Positions 34,482 through 47,724 of a stretch of 64,000 nt of DNA are shown in pieces. A model generated the notes under the pieces. The model was not told the origin of the DNA. It saw only the letters and a program-made list of their open reading frames with translations, and searched no databases. The translations under genes and the position numbers were made by a program. The stretch's first letter is position 1, and every line of letters starts with the position of its first letter. Source of the DNA: Tubulanus polymorphus (lineage: Eukaryota > Animalia > Nemertea); the NCBI RefSeq assembly GCF_964204645.1, contig NC_134027.1:3752485-3816484 (forward strand), written 5' to 3'.

Positions 34482-37400
34482 TCATTTCGTCGACATATGT
34501 GAGTTTACAGTTTCCAATTCGAGCATTTTGGCCGCTAATTCACTGAGTTTGAATTTCTGCACTTTGCCGGTTAAAGTCATCGGATATTCGCCAATAAACA
34601 ATACGTACTGTGGCACCTTGAAATCTGCTAACTGAAAAAAAAAATCACAATCATTACACAAACAACTGAATAAACTGAATTAAACTATAGTTATACTATT
34701 AGTAGACATTACTGGTGTATCAATATTAGAAAAAGGACTGATTTGAGTCGACAGTTTACTGATGTATACTTACTGCTTTGATGTAGAGAGAATCCCACAA
34801 TTATAACGAAAAAGTCCGAAAATGTAACTTCGAGATAGTAGTTTATTTCAACGTTTCGACTATATCCTAATAGTCATCTTCAGGAATAAGAATTATTCCT
34901 ATTATTATCATTATTCCTGAAGATGACTATTAGGATATAGTCGAAACGTTGAAATAAACTACTATCTCGAAGTTACATTTCGGACTTTTTCGTTATAATT
35001 GTGGGATTCTCTCTACATCGCATCAACACGGATATAGTGTTCTATCAATCGTGATTACTGCTTTGATAGTCTTAGCCAAAAACGTATGAATATGCAAACT
35101 TAATTCTTACCCGATCTGTACAAAATTTCTTAATTTCTTCTTCGGTAGCTGTGTGTCCTTGTTTAAGCTTTATACACGCGCATGCCTGCTCCCCCATACG
35201 GGCATCAGGAACTCCAACCACCTAAAATACCATACTTGAGCTAGAAATCATTCCGTAAATTTTCCTCTTAATCAAGAAGACAGATTACCTGAACCTCTTC
35301 TATGGCCGGATGCTCGTACATAAAATTTTCAATTTCTGCCGGATATATATTTTCTCCACCGCGAATTATCATGTCCTTCTTGCGTCCTACGACGAATAAA
35401 AACCCTTCATCGTCCATTATCCCTAAATCACTGGAAACGACACACGTACATTAGTACATAATTCATTATCATACTTAAGCTGTCTATAAAGTTTCTTCTT
35501 ACCCAGTCGAGAACCAGCCGCGAGGTGAAATAGCTTCAGCAGTTCTCTCTGGATCGTCCCAGTATCCTAACATAATATGATAACCTCGTGAACAAATTTC
35601 ACCTTTTTCTCCTCGAGGTAGAACTTTACCAGCAGCGTCTACAATCATTACCTGTTCGGTGGAAGAAATTAAAACTCCAATCATTTACTAGATACAATTC
35701 ATTTCTAGGCGTTGAGAAAAAAATGTCCGAAATGAAGCTGTAAAACACTAAATCACCTCAGTATGTGAAGAAGCTATTCCACACGAAGTTACTCGTTTCT
35801 CAAAGTCAGCGTCAATAGGGTTCATAGTAATGAGTGGACTTGTTTCGGTTAATCCATATCCTATCTTCAGGAAAAATGACATAAACAGAAAATAAACAAT
35901 GCACCCTATTAAACTAGATGCAAGTGGTGATGTAAAAGCTAGTGAACTTACTATCAAATCAGGCATGTGCAACTTATCAGCAACTTCTCTCGAAATTTCA
36001 ATTGGACACGGTGAGGCTCCCATTGCCCCTATTTATAAATCATATCATCGATGAGTCAGTTTGATAGGTTTTGTTATCACATTGAACGAGCAGTGAATGG
36101 ATCATTTCTTCAAAAATTACCCGATCTCAGTGAGGTTAGATCATATTTCGTGCGATCTTCGTGGTTTAACATATCGATAAACATAGTTGGGGTTCCATAC
36201 AAATATGCGCACCTGTCATACAAGTATACGGTTAATTGATTTTGCATTCTCATAATTCATCATCTAAATCATAGGGATATTTCTCATCAATTTGTCGTTA
36301 AGTAAAAGATCGTAGCAAACCTCTCATCGTGAACGGCCTTCAGGGCTTTTCCGGGGTTGAAAAGTGCAGAAGGAAACACACAAGTTGATCCGCTAACAAC
36401 AGTACTAATTGATCCACCGATTGATCCAAAAGCATGAAATAGTGGTGGTGGACAGCAGAAAATCTGTAATAGAATTCGGAGGTTCAGGTTTATGATTATT
36501 TTGATAGATATTGATGAATTCGTTATTGATGTTACTGATTACCTTTGGCGAATCCTGCTGGTGGCCTTTAGTCATATTGTCTGTGAAAATTGTAGCATTA
36601 TTGACGATACCATGATGGGTTAAAACGGCAGCTTTCGGGTGTCCGGTCGTTCCCTGAAAATCAATACACAGACTACTATGCCGTTTATAAAATACTGGTA
36701 TATTTTGCATATTTCATTGAATTGTTCAAAATGTGGCTTACTGAGGTAAACTGGATATTAACTGGTTCATCAAATTGGATTTTATTTTGTAAATCACGGA
36801 TTTCAGCGATTTGTTTCGTCGTTCCCATCTTCAAGAGACTACTAAACGACAGAGTTCCTCTGAAAAATATGAAATCCGTGAAGTCATACAGAGGAATACA
36901 TGTATGTCTTCTTCCAAACGCATCGCATGTTAAGTTTTGATATTGGTTCGTAAGCACGATGATTGCTATTTTACTTACGGTTGTGGAAATTCGTCATTTT
37001 TTCTTATCATGATGATAGCCTTTAAACTCGGTAAACTTGTGCGTAAAATGGAATACAAGTGGAATCGGTGAATGGCATTCGTGGTTAGATTATCAAATCA
37101 ATAAACCGATGGACAGCATAAGTACCTTTTACATTCTAGCAAACCCGGTTGTGAAGATGGTAATTCCGGAATTAGATTATTCAACATGCTATAGTGACCG
37201 ACACCTTTGAAATCCATTCCAGCGACGAGGGCTTTGACTTTGACCTGAAAAAAAGATCACATTGTGGCATTGGAAACACAGCATATCATGATTCCGCGTT
37301 AAAACAACAATTAGAGAATATAGAAACCTTTTTCAAAGTGTAGTGGAGTTCATCTTCCTTATAAGCCGGATTTATAGTAACCTTGGTAAAAAAAAGCAAA

Positions 37401-38158
37401 ATGTTCATTTATCTATCTATGTTATTTTTACGACTTGCAAATATTCATTGCGAAGGTGATTTCTGGGGACTATTATAGGTTAGCATCTTAGATACCAGTA
37501 TGTAGCCACCGCGAGCACACGCGTATTGAGTGAGAATCCATTCGCTGACATTCGTCGCCCAAACACCGACACGATCACCAGGTTTAAGCCCCAACTCCAA
37601 AAAAGATGCTGCGATCTGGTCGGCCTAAAAACAATATTCCGATACATTAAGAATTAAACCGTGGTATAATGCACAGTGTTATGTAGGTAGTGAGGGTAAA
37701 CAACTAGATTATATGTATCTCTTATCAGTGGGGCTTATATATGGAACCTGTTCAATTAGCGTATTGTAGGTTATCCTTGTGTTTTCCTCGGAGAAAATGA
37801 AAACCTCTCGATCAGGTGTCTTTTCTGTCGTCTCTTCTAAAACTACACCGAGTGTTGTATTGACAAGCGGTTTTAGTGACGCACCGTGGGCGTAGCTCCA
37901 TTTTATCTTAGCTGAAGAATTTAATCGCCTGAAAGTGATTAAGAAATACTCTATCAAACTTATGAGATTTCCCCTTGGTGTATTGGGCTTAATTGAAAAA
38001 CCTTCTCATTACCCATTTACTAGAATATCATTCAACGGTGAGCGGAAATTTGAGTAACAGACCTACCTTATGTTTGTATTTGCAAATTTTGGCAATGCCC
38101 TTCTACTCTTGCAAAGGTTTACAAGTTTTAGTAGCGCAGTTCGAGATATCATAGCCAT
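34482..38158 (-). CDS. ACSF2: ACSF2-like medium-chain acyl-CoA ligase, tandem copy C (~16 exons)
   Basis: Basic mitochondrial-like leader [20 protein letters not shown], then WSYAHG, QFTS/GTTGHPK (A3), [23 protein letters not shown] (A5), [20 protein letters not shown] and [11 protein letters not shown] (A10). GT-AG introns are at the same positions as in the other copies. Confidence 0.92.
34780..35054. mobile_element. Penelope-like retroelement-type insertion: inverted duplication with a hammerhead ribozyme on each strand, in the last intron of ACSF2 copy C
   Basis: Arms 34780-34889 and 34911-35019 differ by one indel. Unique 35-nt tail to 35054. Direct repeat TTACTGCTTTGAT at 34770-34782 and 35055-35067. 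Confidence 0.85.
34911..34958 (+). ncRNA. Minimal type I hammerhead ribozyme (Penelope/retrozyme type); identical copy on the minus strand at ~34842-34889
   Basis: TTATTC-CTGAAGA(34917-34923)-T-GACTAT/TAGGAT/ATAGTC (6-bp stem II)-GAAA(34943-34946)-CGTT-GAAATAAA. Stem III is the palindromic ACGT type, stem I is TTATTC/GAAATAA, and AATAAA follows immediately. Confidence 0.75.
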
Positions 38159-38707
38159 TGATATATCAAGTGTAAGTTACATACAAATATGCCGAATATA
38201 AAAAGCCGGTGAACGCGTTAGGCAGTATTTTTTCAACGCACGACAATACATTGACCCTATGCGTAGATAGTAGACCAAGTTACAAGTCACATATATCAAC
38301 TTTTTATTGTGTCATTCACGGGAAAACAGTGATAGTGTGTTCGAATATCGCATAGTAAATTAGCGATCTACAGATATACCAAAATGAACAACAAACAAAA
38401 CAGCTTATAAAATCAATACTTATACCCAAAACACTGATAATTATTCGTTTATACAAAACATTCAATTATTAGCCTACCGTAATATGAAAACATACAGAAC
38501 TTACAACAATGATCAAAGCAAAGCCTTTTCAAGATAATTTTCATATTGATCATTTAACCATCAAATAAGTACAATTAACTTGGATACATCTGTGCTAATG
38601 GATTTGCATTTCCGTACATTGTTAGACTACTTCCTAAATATAACATTTATATATACCTATATGTACATGGACATGCTTACAAATATCATATAGTAGTTGT
38701 CAGAATT

Positions 38708-41700
38708 TCATTTCATCAACATATGTGATTTAATGTGATCCAATTTCAGCATTCTGGCCGCTTCTTCAGTGAGTTTGAATTTCTGTACTTTCCCGGATAA
38801 GGTCATCGGATATTCCTCCATAAACAACACATATCGCGGTACTTTGAAATCCGCTAGCTGAAAAAATCGAAAAGTGTTACATAGAGACGTTTTATTACTG
38901 TTTGATTGATATTAATCGTATTTCTTACCCGATCTTTACATAGTTTTTTAATCTCATCTCCGGTTACTGTATGTCCTTGTTTTAGCTTTATACATGCGCA
39001 TACCTGCTCCCCCATACGGGTATCGGGAACTCCAACCACCTATAAAACATCGACAACATCGTACTAGACACGAATTCGCGTGATCATTTTCCTCTCTATC
39101 AAAACGGCAGATTACCTGAATCTCTTCTATGGCTGGATGCTCGTAGATTAGATTTTCAATTTCTGTAGGGAAAATGTTTTCTCCGCCGCGAATTATCATG
39201 TCCTTCTTGCGTCCTACGATATAAACGAAACCTTCATCGTCCATGCTCCCTAAATCACTAAAAAACGTAAAATTTCATTTGATATAAATAAGAAATCAAT
39301 GCAATTTTTGGCCAATGAGCGAGACTTTTTATTCAGTTACCCGGTTGATAACCAGCCCTGAGGTGAAATAGCTTTATCAGTTCTCTCTGGATCGTCCCAG
39401 TATTCTAACATGACATTGTGACCTCTCAAACAGATTTCACCACGTTCTCCGCGAGGTAAAACCTTCCCAGCAGAATCTACGACCATTACCTGAGGAAAAA
39501 ATTTATTCAAGCTTTTTACGTGCTACGTCCGCCTGGAGATAAAAGTGTTCCACGCAGTGCAACACTTAAAAGGCCAATCCAGGGTTAGTCTTGGCAAACC
39601 GAGACATTAACTACAAGTTTTCAGAAATCAAACTGTGAGCGCACCTCAGTATGCGGAAACACTATTCCACACGATGTAACTCGTTTCTCAAACTCAGCCG
39701 TTATGGGGTTGATAGTAATGCATGGACTTGCTTCGGTTAATCCATATCCTATCTAATGAAAAATAGAAAGAAATATTGGAACAACGTGCACAGTTCTATG
39801 GTCGAGGTGTCGAATGCGGTAATAGGAAAACTCACAATCAAATCAGGCATGTGCAACTTATCAGCAACTTCTCTTGAAATTTCAACTGGACACGGCGAGG
39901 CTCCCATCAATCCTATACAATATTGTTATCAATATTGCTTAGCTTTCGAACAATGAAATACTGCCAATGGTAAATCAAACACTTATTGAATTTGAAAATG
40001 ATTAAACCACTAATTACCCGATCTCAGTGAGGTTAGATCATATTTCGTTCGATCTTCATGGTTTAACATATCGATGAACATAGTGGGGGTTCCATGTAAA
40101 TACACGCACCTATAAAAGAAATCTTTCTCGTTCTAGAAATTGTGAATACGTTTATGTATAAATGATATTATATTGCGTGAAAAACTAAAGGCGCTCATTT
40201 GTCAGAGTTCATTTAACAGTCAAATTATCGTGGTACTAAACCTTTCATCGTGAACAGCCTTCAGGGTTTTGCCAGCGTTGAAAAGAGCAGATGGAAACAC
40301 ACAAGTTGATCCGGTCACAACAGTACAAATCGATGAGCAAGTCGATCCGAAACCATGGAATAGTGGCGGTGGACAACACACAATCTGAAAAATTCACATT
40401 TTCTATAGGAATTTGAAACACGAAGAGAATCATTCATGTAAATTATGACTGATTACGGTTGACTCTTCGTGATCCTCGGTCAAAATCTTCATGAGGAAGG
40501 TAGCATTGTTAACTAGATTATGATGGGATAAAACGGTAGCTTTTGGTTGTCCCGTCGTTCCCTGAAAATAGACGAATTTAAGTTTGTAGAAGGGACTACC
40601 TCATTTTATTGTGAGGATTTAATCGAGATGGCTTACCGAAGTAAACTGGATATTAACAGGGTCATCGAATTGGATTTTGTTTTGTAAATCATATATTTGA
40701 GCAAGTTGTTTAGTCGTTCCTATGTTCAAGAGTTCCTTCACCGACAACGTGCCTCTAATTCAACATTCATAGGAAACAAATTCACGGAATCAAAAGGAAA
40801 ATGTATCAAAGCTTGTTGTTTATCGCATATCATAATTTCCCAAGGTGAATAATTACGCATAAAGATGAATGATTTTAACTTACGGTTGTTGGATTGAGCT
40901 GTCCTTTCCTGTCATCATGATAATAGCTTTTAGACTCGGTAAACTTTGTGCATAAAAGGAATTTTAGAATCATTAGTTTTTTATGCGATGACGTTGATGT
41001 CAAAATTATCTAGGTTAATTCAGGATTCGGATTAGATTGATACCTTTTACATTCGAGCAAACCGGGTTGTGATGAAGCTAATTCCGGAATTAGATTATTC
41101 AACATGCTATAGTGATCAAGACCTTTGAAATCCATTCCCGCGACGAGAGCTTTGACTTTAACCTAAAACAGATTATACTGTAGCGTTACGTTCGCATAGA
41201 AGCATTATACATTGAAATATAGAAAAGCAAAAATTCTTGACGACTACATGGTGTCTTCATAAATTTTCAGTTAAAGGAAAGCATATAAAACCTTCTCCAA
41301 AGTGAAATGGAGTTCATCTTCCTTAAATGCCGGATTTATATTGACCTGGGAAGAAACAAAACAACCTTAGTTAATTTCAAATACCAATATCTATTTCATT
41401 ATCTGACTGGGCTATTATAGGTCAGCATATGATCATTACCAGAATGTAGCCACCACGAGCACACGCGTATTGAGTGAGAACCCATTCACTGACATTCGTC
41501 GCCCAAACACCGACACGATCACCATGTTTCAGCCCTAACTCCAAAAAAGATGCTGCAATCTGGTCGGCCTAAAATAGATAGATTCTGTGAAAAGAAATTG
41601 CAGTAGAGCAAAATTGTCAACGGCTTGAGTTACCATATCCGCGAAATATTTCAGAGAATAAGAGAGTGGAGAGAACATAACATTAACATACCTGTGTAAT

Positions 41701-42218
41701 AAGTGCATTGTAGGTTATCCTCGTGTCTTCCTCGGAGAAAACAAAAACCTCTCTATCGGGTGTCTTTTCTGTCGTCTCTTCTAAAACTACGCCGAGTGTT
41801 GTATTGACAAGCGGTTTTAGTGATGCACCGTGAGCGTAGCTCCATTTTACCTTGGCTGCAGATTTCAATGAACTGAATTGAAAATGCGTGATTAAATTAT
41901 ATAAATTGAATTAGAATTCCTGCATCCAAACCAACGTTTATCATATTGTGCGTAATCGAAAAGTTAGCCGCAACACATTACATCAGCTACGTCAGTCCTC
42001 TCCGTCCTTGAGCCTTGAGAGCAACATAATGCAAAATTTGACACATTGAAAAAATGGATCCTTTCTTTTTCCTACATCCTACACCGCACCTAATTACCTA
42101 TGTAAATTATGATTTTATCAGGCCCTGGTTACCTTATATTTGCAGATTGTCGCAATGCCGTACTATTTTTACAGAGGTTCGAAGCTATTGATATTCCGGT
42201 TCGATATCTCATTGCCAT
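38708..42218 (-). CDS. ACSF2: ACSF2-like medium-chain acyl-CoA ligase, tandem copy B (~16 exons)
   Basis: [17 protein letters not shown] leader, then [54 protein letters not shown] and [11 protein letters not shown]. Ends ...[10 protein letters not shown]. Confidence 0.92.
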
Positions 42219-43136
42219 AGCTAGACGTCTTGATCAGACTGTATTTTTCACATAAAAGAGTGGTGAAAAAACGAGACGCATTAAGATAATAAAACCACCT
42301 ACGTGGCAAAAACAGATATGAACTAAGTACGCTATGCCAACTCCACGAGAACGTTCAAAATATGACGACCTTGAAGATTGGAGACAAAAAACACGTTCAT
42401 GTTGACCCCTATAGAGCGATAAAAGAAAAATAGCTATAGAAATTCCAAGGCGTATTGGCTGATGACGGCCACGCCGAGATCTTTCGATCAAGAATGCGAG
42501 AAAACAAAATAATTTGTTTCCGGCCAAAATATCAGTTTTTCTCGCATTATTATTTATTTTGGCGGGGCGAGAAAACAAAATTTCTCGCTATCAAATCATT
42601 CTATTTTCAGATTTTCGTAATCGAAAAATTGTTGAGGGTCGCAAAATATATAAAACAGGCATATTCCAGGACGAACAAGGGGTCCGGGAATTCGCCCACG
42701 GAAAATTTTAAAATCTAACTGCTTTTTGGTGCAGTTTCCAAGCAATTAATGAAGTCCAGATGCATTAAAGTGCTATAAAGAAAATCTAAGTGCATTGAGA
42801 AGTATTTTCCTGGCAATGAAGACAGAATCCTGAAGTTGGTGCGACTTTTTGTTTAAAATGAAAAAGGGCATACAATTTTCGCGACAGTAGCGCGTGCCTA
42901 TACGGTGCTACAGTCCGAGTCCGGGCCTGAGCCTGGTAAACATACATGTTGTATACTGAAACCAATAACCGTTACCCGATATAAAACTGGATTCCGTCTA
43001 CGGCCGAAAAGGGAACGCAATAGTCCGCTGGGATGGAAGTCCCAAGTGGGCTAAAAAGTCAATTATATAATTATCGTAACCATAAGACAACCGGATTCCG
43101 AATAGATTTTATTTAAAAAAGAATGGCCACATATTT

Positions 43137-46100
43137 TCATTCAGAAGATCCACTGTTCAATTTTAGCATCTTGCTTGCCACTTCAACGAGTTTGAATTTC
43201 TGTACTTTCCCGGATAAAGTCATCGGATATTCCTCCATAAACAACACGTATCGCGGTACTTTGAAATCCGCCAGCTGAAAAACAAAAAATTCGAGAAGAA
43301 TAAAGTGCAATCTTTAGACCGGATCACGATTTTAGATGTATACATTACAGGGTTTTGGATAATATTGGTACATCGTATTTCTTACGTGATCTTTACAAAG
43401 TCTTTTAATCTCATCTTCGGTAACTGTATGTCCTTGTTTTAGCTTAATACACGCGCATACCTGCTCCCCCATACGGGCATCGGGAACTCCAACCACCTAT
43501 AAAACATCGACAACATCGTACTAGACACCAATTCGCGTGATCATTTACTTCTCTATCCAACGACAGATTACCTGAACCTCTTCTATGGCTGGATGCTCGT
43601 AGATTAGATTTTCAATTTCTGTAGGGAAAATGTTTTCTCCGCCACGAATTATCATGTCTTTCTTGCGCCCTACGATATAAACGAACCCCTCGTCGTCCAT
43701 TTTCCCTAAATCACTAAAAACGTTGATACGAAATTATTACAATGTACACACACAGAATTCATTATCTTTCGCTCATTTTCTAAATTAGCTTTTTCATTCC
43801 GAGTTTAACAAATTTCGTTATTCAGTTACCCAGTTGATAACCAGCCCTGAGGTGAAATGGTTTCAGCCGTTCTCTCTGGATCGTCCCAGTATTCTAACAT
43901 GACATTGTGACCACGTGCACAAATTTCACCACTTTCTCCACGAGGTACAATTTTCCCATTAGTATCTGCGATCATTATCTGTTACAAAAATATGCGGTAT
44001 AAAATGTGAAATCAGCTTTAATACGTCGCTCGGGTTCAAAACCGAACCACAGATGAATGTCAACGAACCTCAGTGTGCTGAAAAACGATTCCACACGAAG
44101 TTACTCGTTTCTCAAATTCAGCTTCTTTGGGGTTCATAGCAATGACTGGACTTGTTTCAGTTAATCCATATGTTAGCTATAAATTAATATATTAACGAAA
44201 CGTTTAGGCGTCCACGCAAATGTTTTGGAAACTATGCCAAAGAGAACTCACGATCAAATCAGGAACGTGCAACTTATCAGCAACCTCTCTCGAAATTTCA
44301 ACTGGACACGGCGAGGCTCCCATTATTCCTACAGAATATTTCAATCACAGAATTTGATTGGTTGATCTTAAAACCAGTTTGAAGTGTAAAGAGGATATCT
44401 ACGGAATACGTTCGTAAAACTGAGGAAATATCAAATTACCCGATCTCAGAGAGGTAAGATCATATTTTTGACGATCTTCGTGGTTTAACATATCGATAAA
44501 CATAGTAGGGGTTCCATGTAAATAAACACATCTATAAATAATTTCAGAAACACACGATAAAACCATATCTCATACTATCACGAAATATCTCGATTAATAC
44601 CCTATTCATTTAACCATAATAGTAATGCTCAATTATTAGTTTAGTGATAATACGCAAACCTTTCATCGTGAACAGCCTTAAGTGATTTGCCAGGGTTGAA
44701 TAGTGCGGATGGAAATACACAAGTTGATCCACCAAGAACAGTACAAATTGACCCAGCAGTTGAGCCAAAAGCGTGAAATAGTGGTGGTGGACAGCATACA
44801 ATCTTGAAATAAAATATGGAATTATGCTCATTTTGATGTATTAATGAACGAATTTGTGAATCTATGCTAATATGAGTGATTACGTTTGAATCCTGATTGT
44901 GACCTTTAGTTAAATTGTATTGAATAAACATTGCGTTATTGACTAAATTATGATGCGTTAAAACAGCAGCTTTTGGCTTCCCCGTCGTTCCCTGAAAGTA
45001 TACATATTTTTCATGTACTGGGTATAGCTATAGATAGTTTCGAAAATAGCATTTCAGATAACATTTCTTTGTTTCCTCTTGTTTTACCGAAGTGAACTGG
45101 ATATTAGCAGGTTCGTCGGATTGAATTTTATCTTGTAAATCGCGGATTTGAGATAGTTGTTTGGTCGTCCCTATGTTCAGAAGATCTTTTACAGATAGTG
45201 TTCCTCTGAATTTCAAAATAATCTAAGCTTAAATTTGTTATGTTTTCAAATAAAACAGCTTAACAAGGATTGATATTTTACTTACGGTTGCGGGATTTCG
45301 TCATTTTTTCTCATCATGATGATAGCCTTTAAACTTGGTAAACTTGTGTGTAAAATGGAATACACCAAAATGAAAGATATTCGAATCAGATAATCATTAC
45401 ACGCGGTAATATCATCAACTTTATGAGTTGAAGGTTGAGACTCGTCTGATATCAAGGTAATTTACCTTTTACATTCTAGCAAACCCGGTTGCGAAGATGC
45501 TAATTCTGGAATAGTATCCCTCAAAATACTATAGTGATCAATGCCTTTGAACTCCATTCCAGCAACAAGAGCTCTTATTTTTACCTAAAACAGATCATAT
45601 CTTGGTATACTTAGCTAACAAACGATAAGGCCTACCACTCAAGGATTTTGTGTAAATATATTTTAAATAAAAACCTTCTCCAAAGTATAACGGAGTTCAT
45701 CTTTTTTATACGCGGGATTCAAATTGACCTTGAAAAGAAAAGTAAAATGACAGAAATGAGTAATAAATGATCGACGATCTTTCCGAATGGTGATTTCAGG
45801 GGTCTTCCAGGTTAGCATCTTTATTACCAGAATGTAGCCACCGCGAGCACACGCGTATTGAGTGAGAACCCATTCACTGACATTCGTCGCCCAAACACCG
45901 ACACGATCACCAGGTTTCAGTCCTAATTCCAAAAAAGAAGCAGCAATCTGATCGGCCTGAAATAGAATATTTTAAGGGATAATATGGAAATCAAATCGTC
46001 AACCCTGATAACGCACAATGCAACGTGGGGAATTATACAGCACGTCATTGTCAGGATGTATCAACCCAACGTAAAGAATGCAATAGATCTTTGCATTTTA

Positions 46101-46594
46101 CATAATGTTTACAAGCACACGCTGTTTTTTTCAGATGTTCGTACAAAAGACTGGTTAAGATGAACCCTTTGGATTATATCTTCTTGGCTCATAAACTGGC
46201 AGGTATTATGTTTAGAAACACGATAGTCTACCTGTGTAATGAGCGTATTGTAGGTTATCCTGGTGTTTTCTTCGGGAAAAATGAAAACCTCTCTATCAGG
46301 CGTCTTTTCTGTCGACTCTTCTAAAACTACACCGAGTGTTGTATTGACAAGCGGTTTTAGTGATGCACCGTGAGCGTAGCTCCATTTTATCTTAGCTGCG
46401 GAATTTAATCGCCTATATGATAAATAGAAAATAGATGCAATTAAATACGTAGAAAATTTGATTTGTACAATAGTAAAATGGTGTCATCGTTTATACCTTA
46501 AATTTGTATTTGCAAATTCTTGCAATGCTGATCCACGTTTGCCGAGGTTCGCAAATACCAATGTTCCCGTCCGATATCTCGCAAGCATAGCCAT
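43137..46594 (-). CDS. ACSF2: ACSF2-like medium-chain acyl-CoA ligase, tandem copy A (~16 exons)
   Basis: [20 protein letters not shown] leader, then [48 protein letters not shown] and [11 protein letters not shown]. Ends ...LNSGSSE*. Confidence 0.92.
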
Positions 46595-47724
46595 AACCTG
46601 TAGTATAATGTACGTATAGCTCGTGTTATTTTACATTCGTGCCAATGATACGCAAAATGTATATTTTCTGTATATACGTGTTAGCGCTGCATGTTATTTC
46701 ACCTAGTGAACTGCGAACTAACGTACCAACTGTCACACATATATCAAACGTAGCTGTATATTAAAAATGCATAAGCGACAAAGTCCATCCGCAATCACTA
46801 GCGCTATAGGCGGAAGATAATAAATACAGCGGGTTATATGAAACACACGGTACGGCATCCCCATGGGTTTACTCTCATTTCACTCTCCCAATGTTTCTAC
46901 GGAGGTCCTGCTCCTCTGTATATTGTGTAGTTTTTAGTGAACTCCAAAAGCTGTGGTTGACTGAACTAATGAGTTTCATGAGATTTTCCTCTTTCCATTA
47001 CTTCTCTCGTCCATTTTACAATCTTTGCCACCAATTTATGCAAGGTAACACCCACCAATCTTTCAATCAAAACAAGCCAAATCATAGCAACTGTTCGGGG
47101 GAGAACTGTTCACCATTTTGACCATTCTATCAAAAGGAAAATCGATGAGACAAACGAATGTATAAAGCATTATTCTGAATTTATTGTAAACTACGTGTAC
47201 ATGTATAGGTGCATTTTCAGAAAATATAACAAAATACAGTATATAGAATTTAGAATAAAAAATTAAAAGCCAAGAAATCAATCTACATTGTACATAATGT
47301 ATATAATATCACTTCTTGATAAAACATAACTCATAACTTTATGATATTCCCAAATAGAAGAACCGATTAAAATATTTTCAAACATAGTTATAAATAATTT
47401 CCATAAATAAAAATATATTTTTATATAGCGACAAAGCGGGATATGCATCTTACAGATGAAATCTTTGAATATTTTACATTTAATAAATTTGTTGCACAAA
47501 TCCTTCGTTAAATCTAACTGTATATGATTATAATTACCTATCATACAAGTACATTGTTAAACGTAGCGTTAAATGCTACTTCATGCACGTGATAAAATCT
47601 AAAAATCTAGAAACAATATAAACATGTTTCAAATCGATCACTGAAATAAAAGTGCATTCATCTATCACAAAACCCTGTGTGAAAACTAGTGTAAGAGGAC
47701 ATTTCCGAGGGCAACGCAGGTATT

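Noticed and set aside
42460-42740. Short GCGAGAAAA/TTTTCTCGC inverted motifs and GGGGTCCGGG, resembling a DNA-transposon remnant
   Set aside because: No definable termini or TSD by eye.
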